DNA from: Halocafeteria seosinensis
Taxonomy: Eukaryota
Assembly: GCA_001687465.1 (NCBI GenBank)
Contig: LVLI01000097.1
Location: 1-64,000, forward strand
DNA: 64,000 nt
Reading direction: 5' to 3'
Notes under the pieces: generated by a model
Databases searched by the model: none
Told to the model about the DNA's origin: nothing
The model's input: the letters and a program-made list of their open reading frames with translations, nothing else
Shown: in pieces, positions 59,241 to 64,000 of the stretch
Layout: each line of letters starts with the position of its first letter
Position numbering within the stretch: position 1 is the stretch's first letter
Position numbers and translations under genes: made by a program

Positions 59241-62200
59241 ATGCCACGTCTATACCTATGCAGGTTGGTTCGGAAGAGGTACGCTCAGATACGGGCGGAA
59301 GAAAATGGAGGAAAAGAGGTCAAAGAGGAGCTTCCGCGCTCCAAAGTGGACCCCCAGAAGGACGATTCCCACCCTTTATCCTCTTCATTTACCTCCCGAA
59401 CGACATCCAAGGGCTCCTTGACATCATCCTCTAAGCGTGCGCCTCCTCCCCCCTCTGGCTCTGTGGTGGATGATCCATTGACGAGCATGCACCGAGAGCC
59501 ACAAGATACGACGGTAGCTGCTGATGACCCACTGTCTCAAGCCACAGCGTTAATGCAGCAAAGGCCGGACAACGGCGATTCCAATAAGAAAGGAGCATTT
59601 TCTTCAGACCCGATCAAATTTTGGGACCGTGTAGGGATTCGCCTCGGTGACGGCGTGGATATGAAGCACTCGTGGGCTCGGGAACAAGCGGGAGCGTTGG
59701 ACTGGTCGGTCCAAAAAGCTCATGTTTTGAACACGTATACTACGGGTGCAAAAGTGGAAGTTGATGAAAGCCTTCTGGGAGATGAATCTAATGAAGTGCT
59801 AGAGAACGAAGATAGCTCAATTGAGAAAACGAGGCAGAGACTGGACGCACTGACGACGGAACAGCAGCGCCGGCAGGCCGCAAGGAACCGGCAGTTCGTT
59901 GATATATCCCAATCGGAATATATCGAACATATACATAAGGTACATGCCAACCTCAAAAGTAACTGGGAAAGCGGGAAGAAAGTGGATGCACTCAAGTGTG
60001 CGGTACAATGCTCTAAATTATTATGCCATGCCAGGGCTCCTGCTTTTTATCCTTCTATCTTTGCACTCGTCACCGCTGTGTTGGATTCTTTCGGTCAGTT
60101 TGTGTTTGCGAGGATTCGGAAGGCAGCAGACGACCAATATAAGAAAATGGGAAATGGAACTAAACTACCCGAAGACTTCTCTCCCAACGACATAGGGTCA
60201 ACCGCACGTGAGATGTGCAAGAACTGGCTATACAAAACTGCGTGCATACGGGAGTTGTTACCGCGATTGTACATTGAAATGGCCTTGCTACCGTGCTATC
60301 GATTTTTGTCCGAGGCGGACTATGCAGTGTTAACACTCCGATTAGCTCAAAGCTGCAGAGGATTAGGCGATCCACTAGTGGCCGTTTACGCCCGATGGTA
60401 CCTTGCTCGAAACGTGTATAAACTTGTTCGTGATCAGCCGAGGCGAGAACGAACATGTATACTGACTGTTCTTCAAGATTATTTGCGATCGTTTGAACTA
60501 TGTGTTTCCTCAGAGCGGTTAAAGATCCTGGAGAGCAAAGGGATCAATTTGCAGAAGTATCTATGGCTCCATCGACCAGCTCTGAAGTGGTTGTTTCACC
60601 AGCTTGCTCGAACACGCTGCGATCAAAAGGATTTTGATGATATCCTCGAACTATACTATGAGTTTGTGTGTCCCGCCATGCGCAACCACCTTGCTCTTGG
60701 AAATCGGGACTTTGCTGAAGGATCTTCGGATGATTCTCCTGAGTCTGTAGGTGGAGCGCTAGTCATACTAGATTGCCTTTTCGACGCGTTTCCAGGGCAG
60801 TTCTATCCTAAAGATCCCACCAAGCTCTTCTCTCTGGTAGAGTCGGCATCAAAGTTAGCCTGCCCGAAAACATCACGTAGATTCCAGGGGACAGATCCGT
60901 ACGAAAAATTGGTTGATTTGGTCCATCCCGCTCATGTTTTCCGAAGTATAACCAAGGGCCTAATCGTGTCTCCTCCGAAAAACAAGGGGAAGATGCGCAA
61001 GTATCTAAATAACAGTTGGAAAATTGTGTCAAATCTTGGAGGAGACAGCTCTTCATTACAGCTCTTTGCCTCGTGCGCTGAAATTTATACTGCGTTCGTC
61101 CTCCGATGGATGGATTCCTCGATTTCAGCAGTCCTACTTAGCGATATCGTCAAGCACATAGAGCGCGCTCAGCAGCAAAACCCCGACAGAGACCTTCCCG
61201 ACGCACTACTGGACTCGTTGCAAAACATTCTCACTCAGCATCTTTATCACACCTCCCAGAAACTTCAAGAGGGGGTAGATGAAGAGGAGCGTAAAGGACT
61301 TATTGACATCTTGACGAGTGAGAACTTCGTGTTTTTGTTGGATAGTTTCCCTCCGCGACGAAAGCAGTCAGTAAGCGAGAACTTACTCGCTGCGTTTGTA
61401 TCTACTTCTGTCCGCATCTCGGATAACGTACTTCTCCAAACTATGCTTGATGTCGCTCGCAATGTTGCTCAGGGTATTGACAGTATGGCTTCCCAGGATA
61501 CGAGGAGAAGGGTAGATACAATATTGTCCAGTTTTATCCGAAAGCCCTATTTTAGTCGAGATTTGGAAAAACACTTGAATCTACTCGTCGATGCGAGGGC
61601 TGCGTTCTCTTACGCGAGCTCTGACAATGTCAATAGTACTCTCGTGGCGGAAGCGCTGAAACTATGCGTTCAAGCCTTAAACTTTGTGAAATTTCGCCAC
61701 AAAGATGAAACTAGAAACTTCGTGAAGACTGTCCTGGCTTATTGTCATGTTACTGTTCCTTCCTTGGCAGACCCGTTTCGTCGTATAAAATATTTCGCTC
61801 ACAGTGGCGAAATCGCCCTTGCGAACAATTGCCTGGGGCAAGCCGACGGACTGTTTCGGGCGGCGGTTCAAGAGATTCCACCTGTTGCTTCGGCGTTGAA
61901 TGGCGAACCGGTTAACTCGGCTCAAGCTCTCCTTATATTGTATGACAACTCGAAAATGGAGAATGAATTCTTACTAAGTATGGATTTTCTTTGCTCTCGA
62001 CTGCTCACAATGCCTGGACATCCATCTCATGGCGGTGTGTATCTCTTGCGCTCGTTGCTTAATGGCTGCCGACGGATTCCGTGGTCCCCAGAGCGAGGTG
62101 GATTCTGCCATGTGTTGTTGAATCTCTTGCAACTTCTGTTTGTGTTTGCACAAAACTATCTTCCACAAGAGCATAAACCTAAAGTTTCCGATTTCCAATG

Positions 62201-62705
62201 GAATTCCGAGCTATTTGCCAATGACCCAGCATATTCTCGTGAACTGACAGAATTGCTTGAAAGCGTGATCAACACGTTCATGAGTAGCGTCGACAGCCTG
62301 AAGGAGAATATTAATGTGAATCCGTCTTCCGAGTCCATTACGGCGTATACGCGATACATTTTCCGTTTTGGGCAACTGATGGTGCAAAATGTACTTGCAA
62401 GCGCTGCCACAGATGAAGTTAATGCAGTTGAAACGCCGTTTGTCGTTCTCAACACCTCCCAACATGGCGAGAGCGGAGTGAGAGTCCAAAACGTGGCTTC
62501 TTGGTTAGGGGACCATATTAACAGTGAGCAAGTGAAGACTCAATCAGTGTCCAAACAAGTTGATGGCTGGAAACACAAACTGTTGAGTAAGAGTGGAGGC
62601 TCTCCCTCGAAGAGTTCCGGATACTCAACCTCGCAAGCCTGGAAAGCCTTCAAGAAGAGTGAGCGGCAGTGGGTGAAGTGGATTTTCAGCGAACAAAATG
62701 CGTAA
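59241..62705 (+). CDS. VPS35L: VPS35 endosomal sorting factor-like (Retriever subunit, UPF0505)
   Basis: 1154-aa ORF with HPL...DDPL, W...KVDALKCAVQCSKLL, FYPSIF, AREMCKNWLYKTACIRELLPRLYIE and RGLGDPLVAVYARWYL. Confidence 0.92.
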   Translation: MPRLYLCRLVRKRYAQIRAEENGGKEVKEELPRSKVDPQKDDSHPLSSSFTSRTTSKGSLTSSSKRAPPPPSGSVVDDPLTSMHREPQDTTVAADDPLSQATALMQQRPDNGDSNKKGAFSSDPIKFWDRVGIRLGDGVDMKHSWAREQAGALDWSVQKAHVLNTYTTGAKVEVDESLLGDESNEVLENEDSSIEKTRQRLDALTTEQQRRQAARNRQFVDISQSEYIEHIHKVHANLKSNWESGKKVDALKCAVQCSKLLCHARAPAFYPSIFALVTAVLDSFGQFVFARIRKAADDQYKKMGNGTKLPEDFSPNDIGSTAREMCKNWLYKTACIRELLPRLYIEMALLPCYRFLSEADYAVLTLRLAQSCRGLGDPLVAVYARWYLARNVYKLVRDQPRRERTCILTVLQDYLRSFELCVSSERLKILESKGINLQKYLWLHRPALKWLFHQLARTRCDQKDFDDILELYYEFVCPAMRNHLALGNRDFAEGSSDDSPESVGGALVILDCLFDAFPGQFYPKDPTKLFSLVESASKLACPKTSRRFQGTDPYEKLVDLVHPAHVFRSITKGLIVSPPKNKGKMRKYLNNSWKIVSNLGGDSSSLQLFASCAEIYTAFVLRWMDSSISAVLLSDIVKHIERAQQQNPDRDLPDALLDSLQNILTQHLYHTSQKLQEGVDEEERKGLIDILTSENFVFLLDSFPPRRKQSVSENLLAAFVSTSVRISDNVLLQTMLDVARNVAQGIDSMASQDTRRRVDTILSSFIRKPYFSRDLEKHLNLLVDARAAFSYASSDNVNSTLVAEALKLCVQALNFVKFRHKDETRNFVKTVLAYCHVTVPSLADPFRRIKYFAHSGEIALANNCLGQADGLFRAAVQEIPPVASALNGEPVNSAQALLILYDNSKMENEFLLSMDFLCSRLLTMPGHPSHGGVYLLRSLLNGCRRIPWSPERGGFCHVLLNLLQLLFVFAQNYLPQEHKPKVSDFQWNSELFANDPAYSRELTELLESVINTFMSSVDSLKENINVNPSSESITAYTRYIFRFGQLMVQNVLASAATDEVNAVETPFVVLNTSQHGESGVRVQNVASWLGDHINSEQVKTQSVSKQVDGWKHKLLSKSGGSPSKSSGYSTSQAWKAFKKSERQWVKWIFSEQNA

Positions 62706-64000
62706 CTTGTTTGTCCCATACTATGTAACGACGGCACAGAAGATACATCCTCCGCAAACTCTTGAGTTTGTACCAAGTGGCTCGTTATAACTGTATTGCC
62801 GAAGTCAGTAGCCCATGACAACAGAAGACTTCCAGGAATTCTTTGGCGATCTAGTAGAGCTACTGAATGAGCATTGATCCTTTTCCTCCTGCTCCTTAAT
62901 ACGTGCTACAGTTTCTCTTGGGTCTCTGCTTGCGCTGCTGTTGTGTACTACCACTACCACTGCACCCTATCATCAGAATTTACAATTCTTTGGGTTTCTG
63001 GTGTACTTTTCCCTCGGTCATCACTATTCAAGTGCCATTCTCTTCATTTTGTCTCCGTATTCTTCGAATGTCATTGCAGGGATTGTAATACAAGCATCGG
63101 GACGTCTCAATCAATGTGTTATACAGTAGGACCGCCTGGTAACCAGCATGGGCTTCTTTACATTCGACGTTGTATGCCAGAATTTTATGCAGCAATAGTG
63201 TACGGAAAGGACCGAATTGCAGTACTCGGTGCTCAGGGTATAGGAAAATCGATGTTGCGAATACATGTAGGTAAAAGTCCAGTTGGGGTGCAGCTCAAGA
63301 GAAAGGGTTGCTTCAGAATCTTGTTCAGCTCCGGCGGAAGGATATTTAGGGTTTCCAATCCTAACACCGCAAGCGTTGTATTATTCCCCCTGGGAAGAAA
63401 CTGAATGACACAAGAAGTGCTTAAGGCAATGCAAATGGATTCCAATGAAGAGTTCTTCAACCTGTACATTCTGTTCATATAGTAGTAGTGTGTATTATTT
63501 ATGGCCTACCGGCTAAGTAGAAATGTAGTCTTTTTGATGTTTTCCTACGAGCTGTTTTGAATATTCTGTTCGATGGTCCGGGCAACACAGTTTCTCAGCT
63601 CAAGCAGCAATTGATCCAAAAAGTTAATGGGCTTAACTTGGGACATATTAGGCGTTTAAGTCTAAGCGACATGTATGCTGATACCAGAATAGGAACACTG
63701 TAATTGGACGTGTAAACATCCGAGAATGAGACCAACGCTCCGTCTTTCGAAATGTGTGTCGAGTTCGATTAGGGAGCAATGGAACATGAGCTTATCATTG
63801 CAAACGGCTACAGTATTACTGATTTTGCTTTTCCAACATTTATCAGGGGCGACGCAGAAAGAGCGGTACTGTCAAACGACGATTCTCCGGCGCTTGGGCA
63901 GAAAACTCAGCACCATACTCGTGGTACGATTAAAGACTTTCGTGGATAATTTCGAAGTTCGGAAACATTCACATTTCACCAATACTATTGGTCAAGCCGC

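Noticed and set aside
62874..64000. ORFs at the right end
   Set aside because: Multiple stops in all plausible frames and no motif.
1..64000. CRISPR arrays, rRNA, tRNA, telomeric arrays, alternative genetic code
   Set aside because: None seen. Conserved genes translate with the standard code and use all three stops; the many short antisense ORFs are shadows of real genes.

Overview
Gene-dense eukaryotic genomic DNA with short GT-AG introns and the standard code, most likely a protist. A stramenopile affinity is only an inference from the protein repertoire. Recognisable genes: a plasmepsin-V-like aspartic protease, a 1960-aa GLUG-repeat/Cys-rich multi-TM surface protein, a CAP-domain protein, a site-1 protease (S1P/SKI-1)-like subtilase, a conserved RALxKH...GYGARW...GFLEP protein, an SDR with a spliced-on N-terminal leader, two sterol C24-methyltransferase paralogues, a WW-PH protein, the PP2A catalytic subunit, a degenerate kinesin-like protein, RPL7A, squalene monooxygenase, an LRR ORF, a SAM/multi-TM protein and VPS35L. 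Accessory DNA includes seven short relics of a CRE-like RLE non-LTR retrotransposon, a decayed Mutator transposase, displaced fragments of the S1P locus and a disrupted AAA-ATPase + PD-(D/E)xK nuclease gene. The most interesting signals are a loose sterol-gene neighbourhood whose two methyltransferases share an altered substrate-binding motif, the ATPase-nuclease pseudogene, a Pack-MULE-like 40.7-46.2 kb segment, a possible toxin-like nuclease domain and a candidate intronic snoRNA. Exon boundaries and homologies were read by eye; no searches were run.
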